64,000 nt of DNA from positions 72,478,001 to 72,542,000 of the forward strand of contig NC_059432.1 in assembly GCF_021028975.2 (NCBI RefSeq), written 5' to 3'. A program made the position numbers and the translations under genes. This DNA comes from Sphaerodactylus townsendi (lineage: Eukaryota). Positions 12,950-26,596 of the stretch are shown here, piece after piece. The notes under the pieces are model-generated. The model saw only the letters and a list, made by a program, of their open reading frames with translations, was not told where the DNA came from and searched no databases. Each line of letters starts with the position of its first letter. The stretch's first letter is position 1.

Positions 12950-13101
12950 AGGGGTGCTGTGTGGTTCTCAGATCCTCTGAAGATGCCAGCCACAGATGCA
13001 GGCGAAATGTCAGGAGAAAATGCTGCTAGAACATGGCCATACAGCCCGGAAGCCCCACAGCACCCCAGTGATTCCGGCCGTGAAAGCCTTCAACAATACA
13101 T
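12950..13101 (+). mobile_element. Penelope-like element 3' end (pLTR) with minimal hammerhead motif
   Basis: tcctCTGAAGAtgcc...ggcGAAAtGTCagga, then ...ccggccgtgaaagccttcaacaataca; preceded by a short inverted copy ggggtgctgtgtggtt. Confidence 0.8.
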
Positions 13102-13139
13102 TCAATTTACACAATTAATGACAAAAATAATACTACACA

Positions 13140-15905
13140 TTCATATTTCTATATTTTAACAATTTATTTCAGTATTTTCTACAGCTTGCAATTAATTTTC
13201 AGGTAATAATTTAAGAGATTTATATACATAAGCAGTCCCCTGCACCCCAAGGAATTATGGATCATTGGCAAAAACGGAATGCTATATGCCAAGTGTATAG
13301 GAAAAGGTTGCAAGGGATCCTATACAAATGGAAGTAAAATGTAACCAATAAGAATTCCCTGGCACAGTTCTTAGGACTAGCTTTCTTTACTTGGAATGTA
13401 TAAATAATCACATAGGGCAAGCTATTCAAGTACACATGGGCAGATTGTATTTTTCAAACAGAAGCTATTTTTCTTTTATTTCAATTCATGCCACAGAATC
13501 TTGTGGTAGTGCTCTATTTTGTAGCATAGTATACAGTCAATGTTCCCAAGGTTGTTTTTACATGGAAAAAGCTGAACACCTTCACCACTTCAATCAGGGG
13601 TGTGTTGTTTTAGTACCATGTGCTGAGAGACATTTTTATTTGCTTAGTTTTGCATTTTAGGAACAGACAGGTATGAACTTGTTCTGTCAAACAGCGATAT
13701 ACTAAACATAGGGAAAAAAGGTTCACACATGCAGCCCCTCCTCCCCCCAGCATGGGATGATGCGGTGCTTGAACCAAGAGGGAGCAGAAAAAAAAATCAC
13801 GTGGACAGAGTAAAGCCTGAACTGTTGAGAGCATGCAAACATGAAGCTCTTATGGCATAAGGTAATGTCTTCTGACCCCTGTTTTTTACACCCATACTAT
13901 GAGCAACCACTTTCTCCCAAGCACGATGCCATCACCACTCCCAGGCCACTGATTGATAGGTGATTTGTCATCCAAAACCAAGCACTTAAATATGTCTGTC
14001 TCTGAGATCACAGCAGCAGTAGTGGAAACAGGCAGATGTACAAAGACGACAGGACATTAGGACAAGTGGTCTTAAGAGAAGACCGACTGAACTAGATTTG
14101 CCAGAAATACCACAGCATGACCACTGGAGCTACTATGTTGGGATTTAGTGGCACTATGAATTACAGTTTTAAACTTTTCATGCAGCAATATAATCTTTTT
14201 TGTGTAGGCTACAAGTTTAATATTAAAAATACACACCTGCGCATTTAGTGGAACTCACAGAACCCAGCTGCGTGTACCACTTTCCCTGGTTAAAACAAGA
14301 ATTCGTATCCAAGAGGAGGAGTCCTCCTCTGCATGCCTAGCAAACTCTTTGATATTGGCAAGAATGTTTGACTCAGATAATAAAACAAAATATGTAAACA
14401 ATGTCTTGTTTCCTCCCAAAACGTTTTATCACTTAGACTTAAAATAAATAGCCCTATAAAGTACGGCAAAAAAAATATTTAGTACCAAGGCTCGGACTGA
14501 GGACTTTATCAAGTTAAAACATTGAAACTTTGCAGGATATGCATGAATGTTGTATTCTTTCAGAGAAAGGCAAAGCTATTAAACACTGGGGGTAGAGAGG
14601 GGATTGTCGGGCAATTGTGCCATTATCTTGTGCACAATTTCAGAATTTCCCAACAATAAAGTTTTGCAGCAACTGACCACAGATAGCCAGAACTCACCAT
14701 CCCTGAATCAAGGAACGCCAGCAGGCGCATTGTAATTAAGATTCAAAGTATTTAAGCTAAGTTTAAAATATTTTAACACATTTGTAGGAAATTTTAAACA
14801 TTATTTTTAGAGGACTTTAAAAGCCTAATTTTCAAAATAATTACTTTAATATGGGAGGCTTGATATCTATTGCAAGAAAGCAAAATTGTTTACCAGTCAC
14901 AATGAATGGCTGTGGGTACTGCAGCACACTTTTAGAAAGGCACAATCCACCAAACAGGGCAAATGTGTATCCACCATACAGTTTTGAAGATGCCAAATAT
15001 CAGTATTTGGTGGAGAATGCTCACAGTTTGCAACATTAAGTCATTTGTTCCAGAAGATACATGTAAACTCTCATTGTCATTTGCAAAACACAACCCGACT
15101 TCAGTAAAACAAAAACATTCATATCAGAAATGGGATCCCCCTTCCCGTTCAAACACAATTCTGATTACTGAATTGCAGTCATTTTACAATAAGCATACAT
15201 AACTTCTTTTTCCACGAGAGATGCGCTACAGTAAATCAAAAGAAGTGCACTTGTATACATATTGTCAGTTTTCAGTTATGGTCCTAGAGATGGACATGTA
15301 GTGGTTTTTCCATTTTAAAAAGTTAAATCCATGTTAAAGCAAAACCAACATTCTGTTTTGTTCTAAATTTTAACATGTTATGTACATACAGTCTTTAAAA
15401 CATATTTAACATAGCTGCACAATGTTTTGCTCTGGAGAAGTTGATTCCAGAGACCATGCATCTCAGTACTTTTAAAATATATTAAATATACCCAACCAGT
15501 TTCAATTACCTTTGGTAAAAACACTGGCTGACAGGTGGGAAGGATTTTGAGAGGGAGCCTTTTCACAACACACACTACCTACAAGTCTCAGATAATTTCC
15601 TCAACCACTTTAGTTAACATTGCCTTGAATATGTACAGGATTCCACATTAGCCACTTCTGCAACAAAATCTTATGCATCATGCATGTAGTTAACTGCCCA
15701 TTCAACCAACTGCAAAGCCTGAGGATTTTTCTGATCCGGCAGAAAAAAGGAAACAACGCAAGCTGATCTTCCAAATCAAGTGTCTGGGATTTTTGTAGAT
15801 GTTTGTCTGACACATCCACACATGTTGCCCATGCTTTCCTTTTGACCTACATGCAGGTTTCTCCCCATTATTAATTTGATCTTCATATCCTAGTAAAAAA
15901 CAATA
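13140..15905 (-). other. FBXO45: Probable long FBXO45 3' UTR
   Basis: About 2.7 kb with no recognisable repeats downstream of the stop; AATAAA on the minus strand at 13163-13168. The end position is inferred. Confidence 0.5.
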
Positions 15906-16091
15906 TCATCCATCTAAAGGTTTCCCCAGATAAACTAACGTCACCTCAGTGTTGCCATACACAGCAGACACTGCTGGATACAGACAAGTCTTTGGCAGTC
16001 CCCGGAATGCAACCCCTAGGAACTCATAGCCTCGCTCAAAAGCGAGTGTCTTATCTTCCATGTCCAAGATGACACGAATTCTTTCACCTAT
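15906..16091 (-). CDS. FBXO45: FBXO45 exon 3 (end of SPRY domain)
   Basis: [34 protein letters not shown]...GKPLDG*; acceptor ttttacag|ATA at 16091. Confidence 0.97.
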   Translation of the reverse strand: MGERIRVILDMEDKTLAFERGYEFLGVAFRGLPKTCLYPAVSAVYGNTEVTLVYLGKPLDG

Positions 16092-17465
16092 CTGTAAAAC
16101 AGAAAAGATTGGGAGGGAGATCAGAGGACAAGGCAGAGACATGATATGAGACATAACAGCACACCAGAATGCACAGGTATCTAGATGAAATCTGCTTCTA
16201 AGATTCAGTCATCATATTGTCAGACTTGAGGCTTTAAAAGATTAAAGTGCCTTGACGGGAACACCACCAATGTATAGTTATTATGATGCCATACAGGATA
16301 ATGATGAAAGGCCCTGTATTACCAAAGCATTAAGAAATAACTTTCACAATAAGACTGAGAGAAACATTTTGTCAAGTTTGATAGCAACCAAATAGTAAAC
16401 TAAGTAACCTGATGCCTAATACACTGAAATAATTTAACCCATACCTTACCTGGTGATCATCATCTGAAAGTGTATGTATATTAATTTAGTGGAATATTTG
16501 GATAAAGTTCATTCCCCTAGTGCCTTATTTCATGATATTTTTTCTTTCTTTCCCACCCCTCTGTTTAGGGATAGAGAAAACAGTGGGGTTATGTGAAAGA
16601 TTGTTTGACAGTATGTGTTATATATGTACGTACACATATACACACTAAATTTTAAAATCTGCCCCCCAAGGACGGTTCGCTATGCCTCTGTCTTCAGACA
16701 TAAAGTGGGTGGTGACTAGACTCATGGTATTTTCTGTGATGGCATCTGGCCTTTGGGACCCCCCCCCCCGCCGCTTTTACTCACCTGGCACCTAACTTAC
16801 TGTCTTTTAGGTGACAGGCCACAACATTTCTTTTTACCTGTTAATTAAGGGTTTCGTGTTTCCAATTGTTGCACAGTCTGTTTCTGATATGAAATCTCTT
16901 TTAATTGATAGTTTTATGTTGATTTTATTTCCCTTGGCTTATTTTAATACCTTAATTTTTATTTTATGTGGCAATTTATTATTCAATTTGGAACCAGCTG
17001 TGAGAAAGACTCTGAGCATGAGGCATATAATTGCATTTTACTGTACACAATGTATAATGGCATGGTTGGATTTAACTTTTTCTACTATAGAAGATTGGAG
17101 AAGTGTTCCCAATAGCAGATAATTTTTATACTGCTGCATCAAAAGAGACTGATGATTCTTATTTATCTGAAGGAAAGTGCAGGCAGGTGGAACCTCAAAA
17201 AAGGGAAGTACAAGCTGGTGGAACTTCCAAAATGCTATAAAAGAAGAAAGACCTGTCTGTTGGATGATTGTCTTATGACTAGACAAGAACACACTAAGCC
17301 TGCATCAGTTTAAACAGTTTGCAGTTATACTTTTCATTATAAATTTTTCACAAAAGGAAGAAAACAATCAGCTTAAAAGAAAATAATTAAAATTCACAAA
17401 GGATAAATTATTGAAGACATCTTGAAGCCCTACAGAGCTTTAAGACTACACCAAGTTTTACTCAC

Positions 17466-17822
17466 TTGATACTTTGGAGCATTGTTGCACTGGGGAAAGC
17501 TGCCATTGACTTCTCCATTATGTAACAAGTTATTGTCCACCAAATTCCAGCCCCAGCTCTGATCATCACTGCCAAGGAGTGCCACATAGCCCTGACACTG
17601 CATGGGGGCTCGTTTTGTAGCAATTCCAATTACTGCCACTGTGCCAAGAGGACCTTCCCACCAGACTTCCCAGGCATGGCGGCCTTCACTGAAGCCAATC
17701 TTGGTCCTTGCTCCATCTGTACTCTGAGCAATGGGATTCCTGTGCAAAGTAAATCCATTCTTCTTAATGTAGACATTCCTAGAACAATCATTGGTGCTGA
17801 AAGCATGCTGAAAGGCACGCAC
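17466..17822 (-). CDS. FBXO45: FBXO45 exon 2 (SPRY domain)
   Basis: [39 protein letters not shown]...PKYQ; ctttttag|GTG acceptor, CAA|gtgagt donor, 357 nt, phase 0/0. Confidence 0.97.
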
Positions 17823-18520
17823 CTAAAAAGAGGTGTTTTCAAAAAGAGAGAAAGATTTGGGATAGAAGTTGTCAAGCTAGGAGGTTGTAAAAGTTTAAAT
17901 TTACTCCCTACTATAAAACAGATAATTTCATAGTCTAATTAACTATTTTTTAATCTTCAAACTTTACATCTGCTCAGCTTCTAATCTAATTGAGCAAGGG
18001 AGTGGCCAGTATTAGCAAGTACCCCACAATAAAAGAATGAAAGCCAAGAGTCTTCAGGAACAAAGAAGATACAAAATATTTGAATATGCAAAGGACTCAG
18101 ATTGAGAAACAAATTTGCACATAACGACAGTGTAGTTATAAAATTGTTCAACGTTTTACCACTAGTGAAAACAGTCTAGTGTCTGCAGCTTATGTGTGTT
18201 GGCATATTCAATCTAACAGAAGCAAACACCTTTAAAAACACACTTTAACCACAAAATTTTCTGTGATACGTAATCTGGTAGGCTAATACTAAGATAATGA
18301 CTCAATTAATAGTACATCTATCTGAGCTTATCCAATTAATATAATTTTGTTATAATAATAGACTGGCTGAGAACCTGGACTTAATATCACAATCCCCAAA
18401 ACATAAAGCATTCGGGGCCACAACCAGAAGATGAACTCATAGTACCACATCCAGAGATTGTTTCCACACTATAGGGATAACCGTACAGTGTTTGGAAAGG
18501 GTAGCAGCCTTACTATGTCA

Positions 18521-18991
18521 TAGCAAAATGGAACAAATATCCAGTGACACCTTAAAGACCAGCAGCACCATTTATTTCATAAAGAGTTTCTGAGAGTTCA
18601 CTTCACCAAAGCTGATACCGAAACAAAAGTCACTCTTTAAAGGCCCTTTCCGCATGTGCAAAATAATGCACTTTCAATGCACTTTGCAGCTGGATTTTAA
18701 TGTGCAAAACAGCAAAATCCACTTACAAACAATTGTGAAAATGGACTTAAAGTTCATAATTCTGCATGTGCGGAAGGGGCCTTTAAGGAGCCGCAGGATG
18801 TTTGTTTCATGAGTGCTAGGGCTAGCTAAGGAAGAAATGCAGGTGGTTGTTTCATGTGAATCATTCCCTTGAGACTGTTTCTAATACCAGAATTCTTCCC
18901 CAGATTTGGTGAAGTGAACTTTCAGAACTTTGTAATGAAATAAGTGACGCTGGTCTTTAAGGTGTCACTGGATATTTGTTTTATTTTGCTA
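18521..18991. mobile_element. Inverted pair of Penelope-type 3' ends in FBXO45 intron 1
   Basis: Arms 18521-18614 and 18901-18991, including a 32-bp perfect inverted match (18532-18563 / 18949-18980) with the tctttaaggtg motif. Confidence 0.65.
18641..18782. mobile_element. MITE with GGCCCTTTCCGCA-type TIR
   Basis: TIR aggccctttccgcatgtgca / tgcatgtgcggaaggggcct, flanked by ttaa on both sides. Confidence 0.8.
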
Positions 18992-19079
18992 AGACACAGC
19001 AATGCAGTTACTCCTTTCCAATAAGTAACAGAACACAATCAGCGCCTTCCAGCCTCTCAATTGTTTTAGCCTTCTAGAT

Positions 19080-20060
19080 GTAAACCAAAGGCCGTACAGC
19101 GCACAACAGCCCCGGCACTAGTTCAGCTCTTGCTCTGCACCCGCGCAGGATGCGTCGCCGTCCCCGCACCGCCCGCGATCTGGAGAGAGTTGGGATGGAG
19201 AGCACGAGGAGAGGGCTCCGCTCGCCCAGCCTGACCTTGCCCTTGTAGGTAGGCACGTTGCAGAGGATGTCGGTGCGCAGCGCCTCCTCTGCCAAACTGC
19301 GGGCGGCCAGGCTGCGCCACACCTCACTGTTCTCGTCGCCGTGCAGGACGCGGTGCCACAGTTTGCACACCAGCGCGCAGCTCCGCAGCTCGCGCAAGTC
19401 CAAGTAGGAGAAGACGAACTCCAGCACTCGGCCCGGCAGGCGCCAGCCCCCCGCACCCGCACCCGCATTCGGCGCCCCCCCGGCGGCCGTCGCCATCGCC
19501 CCGGGCGACCACCGACCCTGGTTGCACCGTCCGTGCGTGCGCACCCTTTCCAAACTGACCGCCCCGGCGCTGGCAAAGGCAAAAGGTGGCGCCGGCCCAT
19601 CAGCCAATCAGCGACCCGGGTGGTGCCGTCAGCTAGAGAAGATGGGCGGGACAAACGTTTGACCTCTTCCCTTCTCTGCCGGCAAGAGCGGGCGGAAATG
19701 AATGCTGCCATGCATAGGATTTAGCCCAGCAAGGAGTGAGGAAGCGCTTCCCCTCGCCTTCTCTTCTCACTGGGGCGTTAATGAAGGTAGGCGAGATTCC
19801 TAAGAATGTCCCTCACTGTTCAGAGCTATTTTCTTCTCATTCGTTTGCTAGCGGAACTAGGCCCTGAAAGCGAAGCGGCCATATTGCGTGAGGGCAGAGC
19901 TGTCAGTTTTTCTTCTCTAAATACATGCGCAAAAGTGTACCTGTTCATGCATGGAGAAAAGAGGGAGGGTGTGGTTTTTTGGATGACGTTGATTTTCTTC
20001 GCCGGAACTGGAGATTTTCTATGGAGAGGTTTCTGGTGTGTTGATTCTCTGTCAAGGTAA
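19080..20060. promoter_or_regulatory. CpG island, bidirectional FBXO45/WDR53 promoter and probable WDR53 non-coding first exon
   Basis: High CpG density; CCAAT box (agccaatcag ~19602-19611); GC box and ETS-like CGGAAAT near 19690; YY1-like gcggccatatt ~19875; candidate donor AAG|gtaact at 20057. Confidence 0.75.
19236..19496 (-). CDS. FBXO45: FBXO45 exon 1 (F-box)
   Basis: MATAAGG...[28 protein letters not shown]...YKGK; ATG at 19496, donor AAG|gtcagg. Total protein 267 aa. Confidence 0.93.
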
Positions 20061-20839
20061 CTCGAGTTCCTTTTGGCTGTCCTGGCAGTGGGGTTGTTTG
20101 GCCCTGTGACGAGCACTGCAGTTGTGTTTTAAGCGAGTCTTATTGAGTCAGTAGGGTTTGCATGTTAGTAAGTAGGTTTTCCTGTGGCCGTGTTTCCCGA
20201 CCCACAGATTCGTCTTAGGCGTGAGTAGTTTTTCTTTTAACGGCCATTCTAAGGGAATTCCATGTGCTCTTACGTTTTCTGTCTCCTAACCCTCTGCCTG
20301 GCCCTTGCATACAATTCCTTTCACCAGTGTTTTCCTAACGCCAAATGTAAATGCTTTTCTATTCCTTGTTAATCCGTTTCTAGCTTAGTCGTTCCAGTTC
20401 CCACTCTGTTATGAAGCTCTGTTGCCTGATCTTAGGGTTGTCACTCTCTCTTCACCCAAACTACTTAACAGGAATTTTAGAGGGATAAAATGATTGAGGA
20501 GAGAGCTATATATATGGTACTTTGAGCTCTTTGGAGGAAGGCCAGAATAAAAATGTATAACATAAATAAATAGTATCAAATTAAGCCAGTGTGATGTTAG
20601 TACCCACTTAGTCATTAATATGTGACAGAGAATTATTTAGTAATGACAAGAGAAATCCTCACTAATAGTTCTTCTCTTAAGTATCATTACAATATGCCAC
20701 TGTAGTGGAACTTGTTTTTTATATTTTTGGTCACGGGGCACTGTACATACTATTGTATCTGCTCCATGCAGCATTCCTGAAGCTATATCAAGAACAGTTC
20801 ATGTCTTAATTCAGTTTTTTTGTTTTTAGTAGCTCTTGA

Positions 20840-21352
<513 letters not shown>

Positions 21353-21791
21353 TAATAATGTATTACCATTAAACACACAGCATATTGAATGTTGCCATCT
21401 TAAACAAATTCTTGAAAATATTGTGCTCCCTAAAATTTCCCAATTTTTCCACTGGCAGAAATTATCCTCAGATAATTTCACACTGTACACCTGGAATTGG
21501 TTACATACTTTGTAAGAAGGATCTCTTCTCACTCAAAAAGAGACAATGTTTCATAGCGAGTTTTTTAGTGCTATGCCTTGGCTGTTATCATATTATACAT
21601 TTTAAATGTGAAAATCCTCATTCTAAAAGAAAGGATGTTTTCACATTTTAAATATGACATCCTTCATTCTAAAATAAAATATTTCATATGAGTTTCTTTT
21701 CAGTGACTTTCCAATTTTTCTGTTGGTAAAACTGAAAAAAGTACTTGGGGGGAGAGAAACAGGTATTTTTCTTTTGGCACAAAGTATTGCT

Positions 21792-21852
21792 TTCAGCTTT
21801 GAAGAGGAATTTGTAGTTTGAAGATTCAGCTTTGAAGAGGAATTTGTAGTTT
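21792..21852 (+). repeat. 33-bp tandem duplication
   Basis: ttcagctttgaagaggaatttgtagttt twice. Confidence 0.85.
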
Positions 21853-21882
21853 AAAGACTCTCTCTTAATGCATTTTTCTGTT

Positions 21883-22302
21883 AACATCCCAACCCAGAGG
21901 GCTCCAGTGGACAGGGACAGCACCACCATTGCGCTGCTTCCAGGAGGCGCAGGGAGGCAGCGAGGATCAGAAAAACCCCAGCTGGCTCAAAAGTCCACAC
22001 AGCCCAAGATGGACTTATTGCCATGCAGCCTAGGCTGAAAGCCCAGTGGAAGCTGACAAAGGTCGGCTCCACACTTGGGAACACCCCTAGCCCACCTCCA
22101 ACTGTGCCAGCATGCAACTTTAGGCCAGCACAGCTCAGTAAAGGGTACACTCTTTCAAGTCGGTCACCACAGACCCAGAAGGGTCTGCCCCCTGCGGAGC
22201 CTCCCTGCCTCCCTGTTTGTCCTCCTCACTAGTGTGTGCCACTTATCGCCAGTGGGTGGGTAAATGTGAGCTGATTCACACCTCACCCCAGATTGGACTG
22301 TA
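21883..22302. mobile_element. Degenerate ~420-bp TIR element (cagcccaatcc-type ends)
   Basis: GC-rich block with ends acatcccaacc / gattggactgta; apparently related to 43853-44288. Confidence 0.5.
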
Positions 22303-22711
22303 CATAAACAGGGTTACATAAAACACAGACATTCATGTTCTTTTCAAAGCTTGACAGGGAAATTTACTTAATTTGCAGGTCTTGTACTGGAGAGGCAGGC
22401 AGTCATGTTGACTTCATTGGAATGTCCATGCAGTAAATAACCATGCTTAGGATTTGACTATTTTTAATTAATTATGATTTGCTGATGACCCTTATAGAGA
22501 AATAAGACTTGGGTCATTTTCACAAGTGATGCTAAGTATGTTTTATACTAAAGCAGATAACTTCTAATGACATTGCTTTGTAGAAAGTAAAAGGTAACCA
22601 TTTTTATATGTTTCACTTGGACTTTTTCTCTCAATTTATAAATAAGTGAATGCAAAATCTTATTTAAGCATCATTTGCGAAAAGTTGTCTAAATTTCTGA
22701 TTGAGAGAACA

Positions 22712-23008
22712 ACAAGAAGAAGAGTTTGGATTTATATCCCCCCTTTCTCTCCTGCAGGAGACTCAAAGGGGCTGACAATCTCCTTGCCCTTCCCCCCTCA
22801 CAACAAACACCCTGTGAGGTAGGTGGGGCTGAGAGAGCTCCGAGAAGCTGTGACTAGCCCAAGGTCACCCAGCTGGTGTGTGTGGGAGTGTACAGGCTAA
22901 TCTGAATTCCCCAGATAAGCCTCCACAGCTCAGGCGGCAGAGCTGGGAATCAAACCCGGCTCCTCCAGATTAGATACACGAGCTCTTAACCTCCTATGCC
23001 ACTGCTGC
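22712..23008 (-). mobile_element. Full-length tRNA/CORE SINE (Squam3-like)
   Basis: Minus-strand head gcagtggcataggaggttaagag...ggtttgattccc (A/B boxes), CORE-like cctcacagggtg, (ctt)n tail. Confidence 0.85.
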
Positions 23009-23130
23009 CACAAGGCAGCCTGAAGGCAACTTCACTTCTTTTTTTCATTTTTTTTGGCCGATGGTAACAAAACCATGACTTAATTTGGTGCTAATATTCA
23101 GTGGCACATACTAAATCAAATAATTTTTAA

Positions 23131-23727
<597 letters not shown>

Positions 23728-24369
23728 ATGTGACTGTCAAATTGCATTAAACTGTTTCTTCCCTATGCACCTTCTAAATTACCTCCAATAAATTAAGTCA
23801 TCTGAAGCTAAACTATATTACTAAAGGAAAGTACTTATTTTGGTAGATGATAAAGCTAAGTCTCTGTTCCAATAGTTGGGAACCTTGTGTTAAACTGGAT
23901 ATATAATCTGTTTACTTTGGATGAGTTTGTAATGGGGGATGTCACCTGAAAGACTGTGGGAGCAAGCATACACTTATCTACTTGGAGTTCTACTTGGGTG
24001 TGTTCAAGAGGGCACCATGGGAAGTAATTATATTTCATGATAAAGGTGTAAGAGGATTAAATAACACTCAGCTTTGTGAATGGGAATTGGTCCTGAGCTA
24101 GAGGAAAATGTTGAGTTGTGGGTTTTTGTTTTCTAGAACACTTAAATACTTCTTACAAAAGAAAACTGTCATTGACTTTCTTTGCTCCACTGCCTACTAG
24201 TGTCATTTGTATGATGGTGGATTTTTTTAAAGAGCATATCTTCTCTGACAGTTTTGATTTTTGATGTTTTGCAGTCATTGGACTACAAGTATTTGGTTTT
24301 GGAATATGAACCTTAGGGCGATAGCTTTTTGGTGGTTTCAGTCTCATCATTCACAGAGTTTCCACTAGA

Positions 24370-25140
24370 GGAGTAGAATCAATAGGGTGATTCTTGTTCT
24401 GTGGAGTGCCAGAGGCTTCTGTTCTATCACCCATGCTCTTCAATATCTATATGAGGCTGCTGACTGAGATTATCTGGAGTTTTGAGGCTGTGAGTCATCA
24501 ATGCGTAGAAGACGCCCACCTCAGAGTTTCTAGATGCTTTTCATTTGACTCTGAACTGGTGCTTTGAGGCTGGGGTCAGCTGGCTAAAGCTGAACAACCT
24601 GAGGATGAATCCAGAGAAGAGAGGTATTGCTGGTCAGGAATACATGTTTTGGAGTGACTGCAACCCCTTAAAGGGGATGCAGTGAAGTCAGTATTTGTAG
24701 AGCATCTTAAGAGTGTGGGAATACTCAAGGGCCCAGCCTTGCTGTTCAATAAGCAAGGTAGCCCAGTGGTTAAACGTGCCTTCTGTCAACTGCATTGTGT
24801 TTGCTAATTCTCTTCTTTCTTAGACTCAGCCAGTTGGCCATGCCAGCCCATCTTTCTGTAATCTTAACAGCTGGATTCCTCTAATGTTGTCTATATCAGC
24901 CTATCTTTGAAGGCAACCTAGAAAGTACAGCCAGCTCAAGATGTGGCAGCCTAATCGTTGTCAAAGGCTAGCTAATGAGAATAGAAATCACCCATCTGGA
25001 TACAGCTACATTGGTTGCCAGTTTGTTTCAGAGTCCAATTCAAGATGATGATTATGGTCTTCAAAGCCTTTTCCAACCCTGCACCCATTGTATCTGAAGA
25101 ACCATATCCCCTCAAATGTCCCTCAGGCAGCCACTTCCCA
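24370..25140 (+). mobile_element. Decayed L2-type LINE reverse transcriptase fragment
   Basis: VLSPMLFNIYM...EIIWSF...HQCVEDAHL (degenerate YADD region), many stops and frameshifts. Confidence 0.75.
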
Positions 25141-26596
25141 GGTGTTCTTCCTGTCTGGTCCATCAGTGGCTACTAACCATAGTTACTTAAGGGAGAGCTT
25201 TCATGTACAGAAGCAGCAAACCTCTGAATACCAGGCTGGGATGTATTTGCAGGAGAGGGCCTCAGCCTTTATTCTCTGTTGGTTTGACTGTCCAGAGCAA
25301 CAGGTTGGCTACTGTGTGAAACAGTATGCTGGACCAAATGGACCCGTAGTTGGATCCAGGAGACTCTGCTTGAATTCTTATGTAAAATGTGTCCACCTGA
25401 CATCAACCAGAGCTGGTTCCATTTCCACTGCAGCTCTCTCTTTCTGTGAAACAGGCTTCCTGAGGAGATGAGGGAAGTGCCATCTTTAGACATATTCAGA
25501 AGGCATTATTTCATTCTCAAAGGCTTTTAATAGGAGTATAAACAGCAAGCATGCTTTTGATGATAGGGAGAAATTATCTTGGGTTTTATCTTGTCGGTTT
25601 TAAATTGTAATGTTTTATCTAAGAAACTACCTTGAGTGATAAAGCAAAATAACGTGCATTAATATAGAATTTCTTCCAAAACAATTATACTTTTGTTGCA
25701 CCTTTTTATAATGAAAGTGAGTTTGTCTACTGAAAAGAGATTTTTCTAGAGATAGCAGACATTAGTAAGAAAGAAACAAATATTTCCAGACAATTATATA
25801 ATAATATGCTAGGCTTATGTTACAGGCAAAAAAATCCCTGCTGAAAATGTTGGAGGAACAGACAATATTAAAGTCACAACCAGAATAAAACCAACCACTT
25901 TTAATAATAGCTTTGAAATTGTGCAGTATTTCAATATAATACAGAAAATACAGTACAACCTTGTACTTGAAATACCATTTATTACAGCAAGAGCAGGCAT
26001 CATACATTTTGGTTAAAGTTCATTAAACTGATGACATGCAGACCCATTACCTGGCCCCTAGCCTATGCCCAGTCCAGAGGAAGGGGGAATCAGCTCTGGG
26101 AGCCAGCACGGGGCTGCACAAGCACATTTGTCCATCCTGGCAGGACAACCCCAGCAAGCTGGTGAGTACAGTGGAGCTCTGTGGTGCTCAACTCAGAACC
26201 AGGCTCCAGCCATAGAGCTGTGCCAGCTTAAGTTTCTGTAGGAGTTCTCTACACTCATTGCATGTATTTTTAGGACTCTTTGCCTTGACTCCCTCAGTCC
26301 ATAACCCCTTCCCCAGTGGTCTTTCCTGCTTGCCAAGGCCAAAGTTAATTATCCAACCCCCAGTGGTCAAGAAGATGCCACTTATGCTGAGTGGGGAGGG
26401 CAGCTGCAGACAGGAATGCAATGTCTGGGATGGCTACAGGTGATGACCAAGGCAATGAGCGGTGCTGCAGCGATGCAGGGCCAATCCAGCTTTGATCTAC
26501 TGTTCAACAAATGTAATTCTTGCAAATCTTTTTTCTAAGCCACTACCCAGACCCTGCTTTGAAGAACTGAGAAAGAAGCTGAATCTGATAGACTGA

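Noticed and set aside
19497-19724. N-terminal extension of FBXO45 and overlapping ORFs in the CpG island
   Set aside because: The in-frame extension begins at TTG, not ATG; the other ORFs are GC-rich artefacts.
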